A stretch of 64,000 nt of DNA. It comes from an uncultured Acidimicrobiaceae bacterium (GTDB lineage: Bacteria > Actinomycetota > Acidimicrobiia > Acidimicrobiales > UBA8592). Below the pieces are notes generated by a model that worked only from the letters and a program-made list of their open reading frames with translations, made no database searches and was not told the DNA's origin. The DNA lies in the NCBI GenBank assembly GCA_963716795.1, contig CAVQUE010000015.1, positions 754,069 to 818,068 of the forward strand. Reading direction: 5' to 3'. Both the position numbers and the translations under genes were made by a program. Each line of letters begins with the position of its first letter. Positions within the stretch are counted from its first letter, which is position 1. Positions 10,175-19,796 of the stretch are shown piece after piece.

Positions 10175-12274
10175 ATGGAGGCAATGGCGATCCACCCCGA
10201 GTTCGAGGCCGAGCAGCGCTACATCGACCACGCCTACGACACCCTCGTGTCGGCCACCGAGCGCGCCCGCAAGCTCCACGCCGTCGTCGAGTCCGGCGCC
10301 GGCGGTACCCATCAGGCGCGCTTCGAACGAGACGTCATCGTCGAGTCCGTGAACAGCCGGGTGTCCGAACTCGACATCGGCGACGCATCGTTGGTCTTCG
10401 GTCGACTCGACCTGGGCGCCGAGCGCGCCGGGGAGACCTTCTACATCGGTCGCGTGGCGGTGTGGGACGACGACCAGGAGCCCATCACCGTCGACTGGCG
10501 GGCGCCGGTCGCCGAGCCGTTCTACCGCGCCACCGTCAGCGATCCCATGGGCCTCGCCCGCCGCCGGCACTTCGCCTCCCGGAGCAGGACGCTGCTCGGC
10601 ATCGAGGACGAATACTTCGGTGACGGTCCCGTCGCCGACGACGCCCCCATGGCGGTCAAGGGCGCCGCGACCCTCGCACTCACCATGGAACAGGCCCGCA
10701 CGGGCCGCCTCGGCGACATCATCGCCACCATCCAGGGTGAACAGGACGAGATCATCCGAGCGCCGCTGTCTGGCATCGTGGTGGTGCAAGGTGGCCCCGG
10801 AACCGGCAAGACCGTCGTGGCGCTCCACCGCGCCGCGTATCTGCTCTACACCCACCGGTTCCCGCTCGAGGGTCAGGGCGTGCTGGTCATCGGGCCCAAC
10901 CGGGTGTTCCTGACCTACATCGAACAGGTGCTGCCCTCGCTCGGCGAAGCCGGCGTCCAGCTGGCGGTGCTGAGCGACCTCGTGCCTCGGGTGCGGGTGC
11001 GCGGCTTCGACACCGAAGACGTCGCCTCGGTCAAGGGCGACCCGCTCATGTCGCTGGTGCTGCGCAACGCGATCCGAGATCGAGAGCGTCCGCTACGCGA
11101 GGACCTCGTCATCGGCTACGGGCTCCAGCGCTTGCGTCTGACCGTCGACGAGAGCGCTCGCATCGTCACCGAGGCCCGCCGCCGCTTCACCAAGCACAAC
11201 GCGGCACGGGCCTTCGTCCGTCGCTCGGTCCTGGAGCGACTCACCGCCAGCGCCCGAGACGAGCTCGAGGTCGCCGAGGTCGACGAGCGCATCGGCCGGT
11301 CGCTCGACATCCGCATGGCGCTCGATTGGATGTGGCCGACCCTCACCGCCGAGCACCTCGTCCACGACCTCTACGGCTCCTCGGCCCTGATCCACAGTGC
11401 GACCGCCGGTCTGCTCAGCCGCCGGCGCCGGGCCCTGTTGCACCGCCCCCGCAGCGAGCACGTGCACGACGTCGTCTGGACCGTGCACGACGTGCCGGTG
11501 CTCGACGAGGCCCGGGCGGTGCTCGGGCCCCGACCCAAGCACAAACGCGAGGACGAGATCCGCACCTACGGCCACATCGTGGTCGACGAGGCACAGGACC
11601 TCTCGCCGATGCAGCTGCGCATGCTGGCACGCCGGTCCCTCAACGGCTCGATGACGCTCGTCGGCGACATCGCCCAGGCCACCGGGGCGTGGGCGCACGA
11701 CGACTGGTCCGAGATCCTCGACGAACTCCCGCAGCGCAAACCGGCCCAGATGCGTGAGCTGACCATCGGCTACCGGCTACCCCAGCCGACGATGGACGTC
11801 GCGGCGCGCGTGTTGCGCGTCGCCGCGCCGCAGTTGGCGCCGCCGCGCTCGGTCCGGGCCGACGGCGACGAACCCCGGTTCGTGCCGGTCGAGACGCCGG
11901 CGAGGCTGGCAGCCACGGTGGCTGCGGTGGTCGCCCCGGAACTCGACGCCATCGGCAACGGCAACCTGGCGATCATCACGCCCGACGCCTACGTCGAGGC
12001 GATGTCGGCGTCGTTGCACGCCTCCGGCATCGACCACGGCCGCATCTACGACGGTGCACTGCACAGCAGCGTGACGCTGGTGCCGGTCGGGCTCGTCAAG
12101 GGCCTCGAGCTCGATGCTGCGGTGGTGGTCGAACCCGCACGCATCGTGTCCGATGAACGCAACGGGCTCCGAGCGCTGTACGTGGCGCTGACCCGGGCGA
12201 CGCGACGACTCACCATCGTGCACGCAGAGGATCTCCCCGCCGCGCTGCGCCAACCAGTCACCAGCGACCGCTGA
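10175..12274 (+). CDS. helD: HelD-type (UvrD/Rep superfamily 1) helicase-like RNA polymerase-associated ATPase
   Basis: N-terminal EFEAEQRYIDHAYDTL coiled region, Walker A VVQGGPGTGKTVVALHRAAYLLY, Walker B HIVVDEAQDLSPMQ, and the C-terminal motif GLELDAVVVVEP...LYVALTRATRRL. Confidence 0.88.
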   Translation: MEAMAIHPEFEAEQRYIDHAYDTLVSATERARKLHAVVESGAGGTHQARFERDVIVESVNSRVSELDIGDASLVFGRLDLGAERAGETFYIGRVAVWDDDQEPITVDWRAPVAEPFYRATVSDPMGLARRRHFASRSRTLLGIEDEYFGDGPVADDAPMAVKGAATLALTMEQARTGRLGDIIATIQGEQDEIIRAPLSGIVVVQGGPGTGKTVVALHRAAYLLYTHRFPLEGQGVLVIGPNRVFLTYIEQVLPSLGEAGVQLAVLSDLVPRVRVRGFDTEDVASVKGDPLMSLVLRNAIRDRERPLREDLVIGYGLQRLRLTVDESARIVTEARRRFTKHNAARAFVRRSVLERLTASARDELEVAEVDERIGRSLDIRMALDWMWPTLTAEHLVHDLYGSSALIHSATAGLLSRRRRALLHRPRSEHVHDVVWTVHDVPVLDEARAVLGPRPKHKREDEIRTYGHIVVDEAQDLSPMQLRMLARRSLNGSMTLVGDIAQATGAWAHDDWSEILDELPQRKPAQMRELTIGYRLPQPTMDVAARVLRVAAPQLAPPRSVRADGDEPRFVPVETPARLAATVAAVVAPELDAIGNGNLAIITPDAYVEAMSASLHASGIDHGRIYDGALHSSVTLVPVGLVKGLELDAAVVVEPARIVSDERNGLRALYVALTRATRRLTIVHAEDLPAALRQPVTSDR

Positions 12275-12379
12275 GGCCCAGCAGGCTGGTTGCTTCGCGA
12301 TGTCCGATCGCATCGGGCGATGGAGCTGTAGCATCTCTGACCCAACAACGGCGGTTGGAACGGGAGCGGAACGAAGCTG

Positions 12380-14038
12380 GTGGCGGAGAGCACCGACGAG
12401 CCGACGGCGGCACTCGGCGAGGAGCTACGGACACTGGCTCGGGCGCGCTCGCCGCTCGGCGTGGCTCAGGGGTCGCTGCCGAGCCTCGAGGCTCTGGCCG
12501 AGGTCGGCGTCGGTACGGGAGACCTCGACGGTGTCCACACGATCATCGACCGGGCCCGGTCGTCGCTGCCACGTCGCGAGGCCGTTGCGGTGGCGCTGTT
12601 GTTCGCCGACGACGACGCCCGGTGGCAACGAAATCTGACCGAACGCATGACCCTCGCCGGGGCCGAGCTCGGCTTCCGGTACGACACCTTTCGCCGCCGG
12701 TCCGGTAACCACCGTCCCGACAGCCACTACGACCGCCTGCTCACGTTGCTCGCCGAGGCGATCGTCGAGGTCGCAGCTGCGGGTCTGTTCGATGACGAGC
12801 AGCCAGCTGCGCCGCACGATGGAGGTGTCGATCGGACCGGTGATCGACTCGAGCCGGACGGCCTTGGCGTCGCAGCATCCCGAGCGGTCGCGACTCCCGG
12901 GTCGGTACCCGACAGCGAGAAGCCGACAGCGACTGCTCCTTCCGCGTCCGGGGCCGTGCAGGACTCGTCCGGCTCCGACGGTGACCGGGAGGCGGTTGCC
13001 GGCCGAGCAGGAGCATCGCGAAGACTGCTGATCGGCCTCGCCATCGCCGTGGGCGTGGCCGCGCTGGCATGGGCCATCGTTGCGGGGAACGACGACGACG
13101 GCTCGACCGAGCCAGGCGATGCCGGCGGCGCGAGCTCGGTCGCCGAGGGGACCGACGTCGATGCCACCGACGACGACACCGAGGCCACGGCGACGCCAGA
13201 CGACGCGACCCCCGGCCGGACCCTCGACGTCCTCGAGAGCGAGCCGGTCGACGGGTGCGACATACCGCTCGGCGGTTCGATGAATCCCGTGGCGTTGCCC
13301 GTTGGTCTCGAGGCGCTCGTCGGCGATGCCTTCGCCGACACCGGAGGCGTGGCGGCGCTCGGGTGTCCGCTGCGCACCGTCGAGGTGTGGGATCAGCTCT
13401 GGTACCAGGAGTTCGCAGGCGCCGGCCTGCCTCCGGGGCGCATCCTCGCGGATCCGGTCGGTGGCGTCGCGATCTGGATCGACGAGACCATGTTCTTCCA
13501 CTACGAGCGCTCGGGCGGGGGCGGACTCCAGACGCTCGGCGGGCTGCCGGTCGCCACCGACTACGACGACGATCATCCTCGGTTGCTGCTGTCGGGCGGC
13601 GGAGCGATCGTCGCCCACTACCTCGGTGGCCCCGCGCACTGGGTTCCCGTCGAGGGAATCGAGGCATGGGAGCAGTTGGGTGGTGCCGACGGACGGCTCG
13701 GCCTGCCGATGGCCGACGTGAACTTCTTCGATGGCCGACCCGGTCAGGAGTGGTCGGGTGGGTACGGCGAGCGCCGAGACGACGGCACCGTTGCGGTCGA
13801 CCTGGTCGATCAGGCCGACATCGACGCAGCCGTCGCCGATCTCCCGCGCCGGCGCAACGGGATCCTGCGCCTCTACGACGAGACGGCCTACTGGATCGAC
13901 GACCAGGGGCGCCGGCGGTGGATCCCCGACGGCCAGACCTGGGAGTGCCTCGGCGGCGCCGATGCGTTGATCGAGCTCGAGACCCGTGGTTGGGTGGTCG
14001 GCGCCTTTCCGCCGGGACCCAACGCCGTCTGCCCATGA
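12380..14038 (+). CDS. Hypothetical single-pass membrane protein: about 200-aa cytoplasmic domain, acidic linker, extracytoplasmic domain with W-x-x-LGG/LGxP-like repeats
   Basis: GTG start. TM segment LLIGLAIAVGVAALAWAIVAG. Repeated motifs VEVWDQLWYQEFAG, IEAWEQLGGADGRLGLPMADV and GQTWECLGGADALIE. Coding-like codon bias. Confidence 0.65.
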   Translation: MAESTDEPTAALGEELRTLARARSPLGVAQGSLPSLEALAEVGVGTGDLDGVHTIIDRARSSLPRREAVAVALLFADDDARWQRNLTERMTLAGAELGFRYDTFRRRSGNHRPDSHYDRLLTLLAEAIVEVAAAGLFDDEQPAAPHDGGVDRTGDRLEPDGLGVAASRAVATPGSVPDSEKPTATAPSASGAVQDSSGSDGDREAVAGRAGASRRLLIGLAIAVGVAALAWAIVAGNDDDGSTEPGDAGGASSVAEGTDVDATDDDTEATATPDDATPGRTLDVLESEPVDGCDIPLGGSMNPVALPVGLEALVGDAFADTGGVAALGCPLRTVEVWDQLWYQEFAGAGLPPGRILADPVGGVAIWIDETMFFHYERSGGGGLQTLGGLPVATDYDDDHPRLLLSGGGAIVAHYLGGPAHWVPVEGIEAWEQLGGADGRLGLPMADVNFFDGRPGQEWSGGYGERRDDGTVAVDLVDQADIDAAVADLPRRRNGILRLYDETAYWIDDQGRRRWIPDGQTWECLGGADALIELETRGWVVGAFPPGPNAVCP

Positions 14039-14376
14039 CGCCGCGCAGGTAGCGGCCCCTGCTCGGCGCGCCACCGGTCGGGATCCTTCCCACTGCTTCC
14101 CAGCCTTTCCCCCGGATGCGGCGTCGATGATCGTGTCGGCGGGTGCGGCGGCTCCTACCGTCCGCTGGGGCGGCGGACCCAAGGGCGGAACCGGACGGCC
14201 ATCGCCACAAGCGCACCACCCCCGGTGCTGCGCTGGTCGCACGGGACAGTGGTCGGATGGTGGCGTCGGGCGGCCCACCATCCGACCCGCGCCGTTGCCG
14301 CACTACCGCAGCCGACCGTTCGAGCCGGCCGGCCACGACCCGGTCGGGCGCCAGAGGCCGCGGGTAGCGTTGAGCC

Positions 14377-17300
14377 GTGGACGCCCTCGATGGATTCTCC
14401 GCTCCGGCGCGGGCGTGGTTCTCGACCACCTTCGTCGAGCCCACGGCAGCCCAGGCCGGGGCCTGGCCCGCCATCGCGTCCGGCGACCACACGCTCGTCC
14501 TCGCACCCACCGGCTCGGGCAAGACCCTGGCCGCCTTCTTCTGGGCACTCGACGCGATCATGACCGCACCGCCGCCCGAGGATTCGTCGAGGCGGACGCG
14601 GGTGCTCTACATCTCGCCGCTGCGCGCGTTGGCCGTGGACGTCGAGAAGAACCTGCAATCGCCCCTGCGAGGCGTGCAGCTGGCAGGCGAGCGTCTCGGC
14701 GAACCGGTGCAGCCGGTCACGGTTGCGATCCGCAGCGGCGACACCCCGGCCGATCAGCGTCGCAAGCTGATCCGCAACCCGCCCGACGTATTGATCACGA
14801 CACCCGAGTCGCTCTACCTGATGCTGACCTCGAAGGCGCGCGAGACGTTGCGATCGGTCACCCACGTGATCATCGACGAGATCCACGCCATGGCTGCCAC
14901 CAAACGTGGCGCCCACCTCGCACTCACCCTGGAACGACTGGCCGAGATCTGCGAGGTCGAGCCCCAACGCATCGGGCTCTCTGCGACCCAACGTCCCCTC
15001 GAGGAGATCGCTCGCTTCCTCGGGGGGCACACCGCGACCGGACCGCGACCGGTGACCATCGTCGACGCCGGTGCCGCACCCGACCTCGATCTCGAGGTCG
15101 TCATTCCCGTCGAGGACCTCGGCGCCATGGGAGACATCGTCGACGAGCCCACCAGCGGACCCCTTGCAGCCGGGCCGGTCCGTCGGTCGATCTGGCCCGC
15201 CATGCACCCGCGTCTGTTGGAGCTCATCCGCGAACACCGCTCGACGCTCGTCTTCGTCAACTCGCGTCGTCTCGCCGAGCGCCTGGCCATCCGCCTCAAT
15301 GAACTCGAGGCAGCCGACGAGGAGCGTCGACGCCTCGATGCGCTGAACGCAACCGAGCGTGCCGAGGAACTGGCCCGGACCCACGGGCTGCCGCCACCGG
15401 CGGTCGACCTCGTCCGTGCCCACCACGGGTCGCTCAGCCGCGAGAAGCGCCTCGAGATCGAAGACCGCCTCAAACGCGGGGACCTCGCCGCCTTGGTGTG
15501 CACCAGCTCGCTCGAGCTCGGCATCGACATGGGCGCCGTCGATCTCGTCGTTCAGGTCGAATCGCCTCGCTCGGTCGCGAGCGGTCTCCAGCGCGTCGGA
15601 CGCGCCGGCCACCAGGTCGGCGAGACCAGCAAGGGCAAGGTCTTCCCGAAGCATCGCAGCGACCTGGTGGAAGCCACCGTCGTTGCCCGCCAGATGCGGC
15701 GCGGCGCCATCGAGGAGACCCACATCCCGCGCAACCCGCTCGACGTGTTGGCCCAACAGATCGTCGCCATGACCGCGATGGAGGACTGGTCGGTGCCTGC
15801 CCTGCGGGATCTCGTGCGGCGGTCGGCCAACTTCGCAGAACTCTCCGACGACGTGTTCGCAAACGTGCTCGACCTGTTGTCGGGCCGCTACCCGTCCGAA
15901 GCCTTCGCCGAACTCCGCCCCCGCATCGTGTGGGACCGCATCGAGGACACGGTCCGCGCCCGCGCCGGGGCCCAGCGTCTCGCCGTCACCAGCGGCGGGA
16001 CGATCCCCGACCGCGGCCTCTTCGGGGTGTTCCTGCCCGACGGCACCCGGGTCGGCGAACTCGACGAGGAGATGGTCTACGAGAGTCGGCCCGGCGAGAC
16101 GTTCCTGCTCGGTGCGAGCACCTGGCGCATCGAGGACATCACCTTCGAGCGCGTGGTCGTCACCCCCGCCCCCGGCGAACCGGGCAAGATGCCCTTCTGG
16201 CACGGCGACGGTCCCGGCCGCCCGTTCGAGCTCGGTCGAGCCATCGGCGAATTCCTGCGAAGCGCCCGCACCACGGACCTGCGCGACCGGCTCCTGGACG
16301 AGTACTGCCTCGACGAGATGGCCGCCGACAACGTCATCGGCTACCTCGAGGAGCAGATCGAGGCCACCGGTGTGCTGCCCGATGACCGGACCATCGTCGT
16401 CGAGCGCTTCCCCGACGAGATCGGCGACTGGCGCATCTGCATCCTGTCGCCCTTCGGAGCCCAGGTCCACGCTCCGTGGGCGATCGCGCTGCGCGCATCG
16501 CTCAACGAATCGCTCGGCCGCGACGTCGAGCTGATGTGGAGCGACGACGGCATCGTGATCCGCCTCCCCGAAGCGGTCGACGACATCCCACTCGACGCGC
16601 TCGTGCCCGACGCAGGCGCCGTCGAGGACCTCGTGATCGAACAGCTCCCTTCCACTGCGATGTTCAGCGCTCGCTTCCGCGAATGCGCCGCTCGGTCACT
16701 GCTGTTGCCTCGCCGTCGGCCCGACCAGCGCACCCCGCTGTGGCAACAGCGCCAACGCGCCGCCGACCTGTTGGCGGTCGCCGCCGATCACCCCGACTTC
16801 CCGGTGCTGCTCGAGACCACCAGGGAATGCCTCAACGACGTGTTCGACCTCCCCGGCCTCAAGACGCTCTTGGCCGATGTCGCCCGCCGGGTGGTGCGCG
16901 TCGTCCCCGTCGAGACCCCGAAGGCGTCGCCCTTCGCGCAGTCGCTGGTTTTCGGGTGGATCGCCGTCTACATGTACGAAGGCGACGCGCCCCTCGCCGA
17001 GCGGCGAGCGACGGCGCTGTCGCTCGACCGCGACCTGCTGCGCGACCTTCTCGGCGCCGAAGAACTGCGCGAGCTCATCGACGCCGACGTCCTGGCCGAT
17101 CTCGAACTCGAACTGCAGCGCCTCGTCGACGGCCGCCGCGCCCGCGACGGCGATGAGGTGCACGATCTGCTCCGGACGCTCGGCCCGCTCGACCGCGTGG
17201 CGCTCGGGGTGCGGGTCACCGACGACGACCAGCTCGACGAGTGGCTCGCCGAGCTCGCCGTCGAACGACGCATCATCGACGTGACGGTCGCCGGCGCCCG

Positions 17301-18897
17301 ACGATTCGCTGCCGTCGAGGATGCCGCCCGCCTCCGCGACGCACTCGGCGTCGCCCTCCCCCCGGGGCTGCCGGCTGCCTTCACCGAGCCGGTCGACCGG
17401 CCTGTCCACGACCTCGTCGCCCGCTACGCCCGGACCCACGGACCCTTCACCGAACGAGAGGTCGCCGGCTGGTTGGGTCTCGGCATGGACCGCGTCCACA
17501 CCGTGCTCAACGATCTCCAGAGCGACGCAGTCGTCACCTCCGGGGAGTTCCGTCCGGGAGGCAGCGAACGCGAATGGTGTGATGAAGACGTCCTCCGTCG
17601 CCTCCGACGTCGGTCGCTGGCCGCGCTGCGCCACGAGGTCGAACCCGTCGACCCCGATGCGTTCGCCCGGTTCCTGCCGCTGTGGCAGGGCGTCGGCCGA
17701 AACCGGCGCGGCACCGACGCCGTCGCCGAAGCCCTGACCGCCCTCGAGGGCGCCCCGCTGGTGGCCTCGTCGCTCGAGCGCGACGTGCTCGCCGCACGCG
17801 TGGTCGACTACCGGCCATCGATGCTCGATGAGCTGTGCACCAGTGGCGAGGTCATCTGGACGGGCGCGGGAGCCCTCGGCACCCGCGACGGGCGGGTCCG
17901 GGTCGTGTTCCGCGACCACCTCGCGCTCGTCGCCCCGACCGCCGATGACACCCCCGACGGACTCGATCACCAGGCAATCCTCGACCATCTCGCCATAGCC
18001 GGCGCCTCGTTCTGGCCCGACGTGCTCGCAGCCGTGACGACCGCGGTCGGCCACATCGACGAAGCCGCTGCGCTCGCTGCCCTGTGGGATCTCGTGTGGG
18101 CGGGGCTCGTGACCAACGACTCGCTCGGCGCGCTGCGGTCCCGCATCGCGGGATCGGGCCGCGGCGCCCGCAAGCGGTCGGGCCGACCCCGCCCCGGGCA
18201 ACTGCGTCGAGTCGGACCACCATCGGCGTCGGGTCGCTGGTCGCTCGTCTCGTCGCTCGCCGGACGCGACGTCGACCCGACCATCGCCGCACACACCCGG
18301 GCCATGCAACTGCTCGAACGTCATGGTGTCGTGACCCGTGAAGCGGTACTGGCCGAGGGCGCACCCGGCGGCTTCGCCGGCGTCTATCCCGTCCTCAAGG
18401 CGCTCGAGGAACAGGGCAAGGTCCGTCGCGGCTACTTCGTCGCGGGCCTCGGCGCCGCCCAGTTCGCCCTGGCCGGGGCCGTCGATCGGCTCCGCGACCA
18501 GCGAGAGTCCGGTCTCGACGAGGTCACCTTGTTGGCGGCAACCGATCCCGCGCAGCCCTACGGCGCGGCGCTCGCCTGGCCGCCATCGGCGGGTCGTCCC
18601 GCCCGGAGCGCCGGCGCCCACCTCGTGCTCGTCGGCGGACATCCCGCCGCCTTCGTCGAGCGTGGCGGGCGCAGCATCGCCACCTTCGGTGACGTCGCGA
18701 CCGAGGCCTGGGCAGCACCGCTGGCCGAGGCCGTCCTCAGCCGTCGTCTCGGGCCGCTCGAGGTCTCCCGCATCGACGGAGCACCGGCTCCCGAAGCCGC
18801 CGCCGCCGAGGCCCTGTTGGGTGCCGGGTTCGTGCGCGGCTACAAGGGACTGGTGCTGCGCCCGGGTCGCGCCGCTGCCGACGCCGCGTCCCGCTGA
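14377..18897 (+). CDS. lhr: Large ATP-dependent helicase Lhr
   Basis: 1506 aa. AQAGAWPAIASGDHTLVLAPTGSGKTLAAF, DEIH box (VIIDEIHAM), HHGSLSREKR, plus the long Lhr-specific C-terminal extension. GTG start. Confidence 0.95.
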   Translation: MDALDGFSAPARAWFSTTFVEPTAAQAGAWPAIASGDHTLVLAPTGSGKTLAAFFWALDAIMTAPPPEDSSRRTRVLYISPLRALAVDVEKNLQSPLRGVQLAGERLGEPVQPVTVAIRSGDTPADQRRKLIRNPPDVLITTPESLYLMLTSKARETLRSVTHVIIDEIHAMAATKRGAHLALTLERLAEICEVEPQRIGLSATQRPLEEIARFLGGHTATGPRPVTIVDAGAAPDLDLEVVIPVEDLGAMGDIVDEPTSGPLAAGPVRRSIWPAMHPRLLELIREHRSTLVFVNSRRLAERLAIRLNELEAADEERRRLDALNATERAEELARTHGLPPPAVDLVRAHHGSLSREKRLEIEDRLKRGDLAALVCTSSLELGIDMGAVDLVVQVESPRSVASGLQRVGRAGHQVGETSKGKVFPKHRSDLVEATVVARQMRRGAIEETHIPRNPLDVLAQQIVAMTAMEDWSVPALRDLVRRSANFAELSDDVFANVLDLLSGRYPSEAFAELRPRIVWDRIEDTVRARAGAQRLAVTSGGTIPDRGLFGVFLPDGTRVGELDEEMVYESRPGETFLLGASTWRIEDITFERVVVTPAPGEPGKMPFWHGDGPGRPFELGRAIGEFLRSARTTDLRDRLLDEYCLDEMAADNVIGYLEEQIEATGVLPDDRTIVVERFPDEIGDWRICILSPFGAQVHAPWAIALRASLNESLGRDVELMWSDDGIVIRLPEAVDDIPLDALVPDAGAVEDLVIEQLPSTAMFSARFRECAARSLLLPRRRPDQRTPLWQQRQRAADLLAVAADHPDFPVLLETTRECLNDVFDLPGLKTLLADVARRVVRVVPVETPKASPFAQSLVFGWIAVYMYEGDAPLAERRATALSLDRDLLRDLLGAEELRELIDADVLADLELELQRLVDGRRARDGDEVHDLLRTLGPLDRVALGVRVTDDDQLDEWLAELAVERRIIDVTVAGARRFAAVEDAARLRDALGVALPPGLPAAFTEPVDRPVHDLVARYARTHGPFTEREVAGWLGLGMDRVHTVLNDLQSDAVVTSGEFRPGGSEREWCDEDVLRRLRRRSLAALRHEVEPVDPDAFARFLPLWQGVGRNRRGTDAVAEALTALEGAPLVASSLERDVLAARVVDYRPSMLDELCTSGEVIWTGAGALGTRDGRVRVVFRDHLALVAPTADDTPDGLDHQAILDHLAIAGASFWPDVLAAVTTAVGHIDEAAALAALWDLVWAGLVTNDSLGALRSRIAGSGRGARKRSGRPRPGQLRRVGPPSASGRWSLVSSLAGRDVDPTIAAHTRAMQLLERHGVVTREAVLAEGAPGGFAGVYPVLKALEEQGKVRRGYFVAGLGAAQFALAGAVDRLRDQRESGLDEVTLLAATDPAQPYGAALAWPPSAGRPARSAGAHLVLVGGHPAAFVERGGRSIATFGDVATEAWAAPLAEAVLSRRLGPLEVSRIDGAPAPEAAAAEALLGAGFVRGYKGLVLRPGRAAADAASR

Positions 18898-19269
18898 GGC
18901 GTCCTGACCAGGGGTTTTCTGCTCGGCTGGGTGCGGTCACCCGCAACCGTGGCGAGACCGCTGAGCCGTTCGACCCAACTCGTCAGCGTGCGCTCACATC
19001 GCCCAGGCCGGCTCCGATTGCTGTTCCATCGCCGGAGCGATCCGGTGTTGACAACAAGGGTCGACCACGTCTGTGAGGTTCGCACAGGCGGGTTTCTGCC
19101 AATCCGCCGCGGTGTGTGACGGTTCGTCGCCAGCCGCGGGGAGTCCCCACGGGACTCGATCGACATCGATCGATGACTCAACGGGAGCCGGCGGCTGCCG
19201 ACAGCGTGAAGGCCCGGAGCAATAGCAAGCAACACAACCCGACACACACTGAAAAAGGGGCTTCCCACA

Positions 19270-19467
19270 ATGGACACCATGCTGAACACCTACGTCAAGC
19301 TGACCAGCGCTCTCGCCGCAATGCGTGAGCAGGAGCGTGGCGCCACCGCCGTCGAGTACGGCCTGATCGTGGCGCTCATCGCCGCCATCATCATCGGCGT
19401 CGTCGCCACCCTGGGCACCAAGGTCAACGACAACTTCCAGAAGGTCGCCAACAACATCCCCGACTGA
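19270..19467 (+). CDS. flp: Flp family type IVb pilin (prepilin)
   Basis: 65 aa. The leader ends ...REQERG, followed by ATAVEYGLIVALIAAIIIGVVA (Flp motif G/ATAVEYGL). AAGGGG sits upstream of the ATG. Confidence 0.9.
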   Translation: MDTMLNTYVKLTSALAAMREQERGATAVEYGLIVALIAAIIIGVVATLGTKVNDNFQKVANNIPD

Positions 19468-19507
19468 TCGAGATGTGACGACCGGAGGCACAGCCTCCAC
19501 CACTCGG

Positions 19508-19546
19508 AGCCGGGTCCTCTTCGGAGGGCCCGGCTTTGGTGGTTTT
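19508..19546 (+). terminator. Intrinsic terminator-like hairpin after flp
   Basis: AGCCGGGUCCUC-UUCG-GAGGGCCCGGCU: a 12-bp stem with one G-U pair and a UUCG tetraloop, followed by UUGGUGGUUUU. Confidence 0.6.
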
Positions 19547-19796
19547 CGGTTCGAGAGGAAACCGAACCTCTCGAACCGAGTTGGATTCGAGCGGCTGACG
19601 CCGCGCTGTGGCTTTCGGTTCGAGAGGAAACCGAACCTCTCGAACCGAGTTGATCGGAGCGGCTGACGCCGCGCTGTCTTGCGTGAACCGACCGAGCAAG
19701 TAGCTCGGTTCACGCTGGGGGAACCGCCGGAGGCCGTCCCCCCAGGCCCCCTCGCTGGCGGCCTCCAGGCCTCCGCGGGAACACGCCGAGCGCCCC
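19541..19796 (+). repeat. Leader modules of a composite repeat element: two 69-bp direct repeats each carrying hairpin H1, then hairpin H2 and a GC-rich connector
   Basis: Copies at 19541-19609 and 19610-19677. H1 is UCGGUUCGAGAGG-AAACCGAA-CCUCUCGAACCGA (13 bp), at 19546-19579 and 19615-19648. The conserved GAGCGGCTGACGCCGCGCTGT follows. H2 is GTGAACCGACCGAGC-AAGTA-GCTCGGTTCAC at 19683-19713. Confidence 0.8.

Noticed and set aside
8202-10352. 716-aa plus-strand ORF
   Set aside because: It is antisense to the cytochrome P450 and hemE and has no family features.
12425-18642. Long antisense ORFs (12425..14281, 12741..14561, 14155..16470, 16696..18642) opposite the membrane protein gene and lhr
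   Set aside because: Their composition is low-complexity Arg/Gly/Pro/Asp-rich, they match no family, and the opposite strand carries clear full-length homologues (Lhr).
19048-19053. TTGACA as the -35 box of an flp promoter
   Set aside because: No acceptable -10 hexamer (TAnnnT) follows at 16-19 nt spacing, so it is too weak to annotate.
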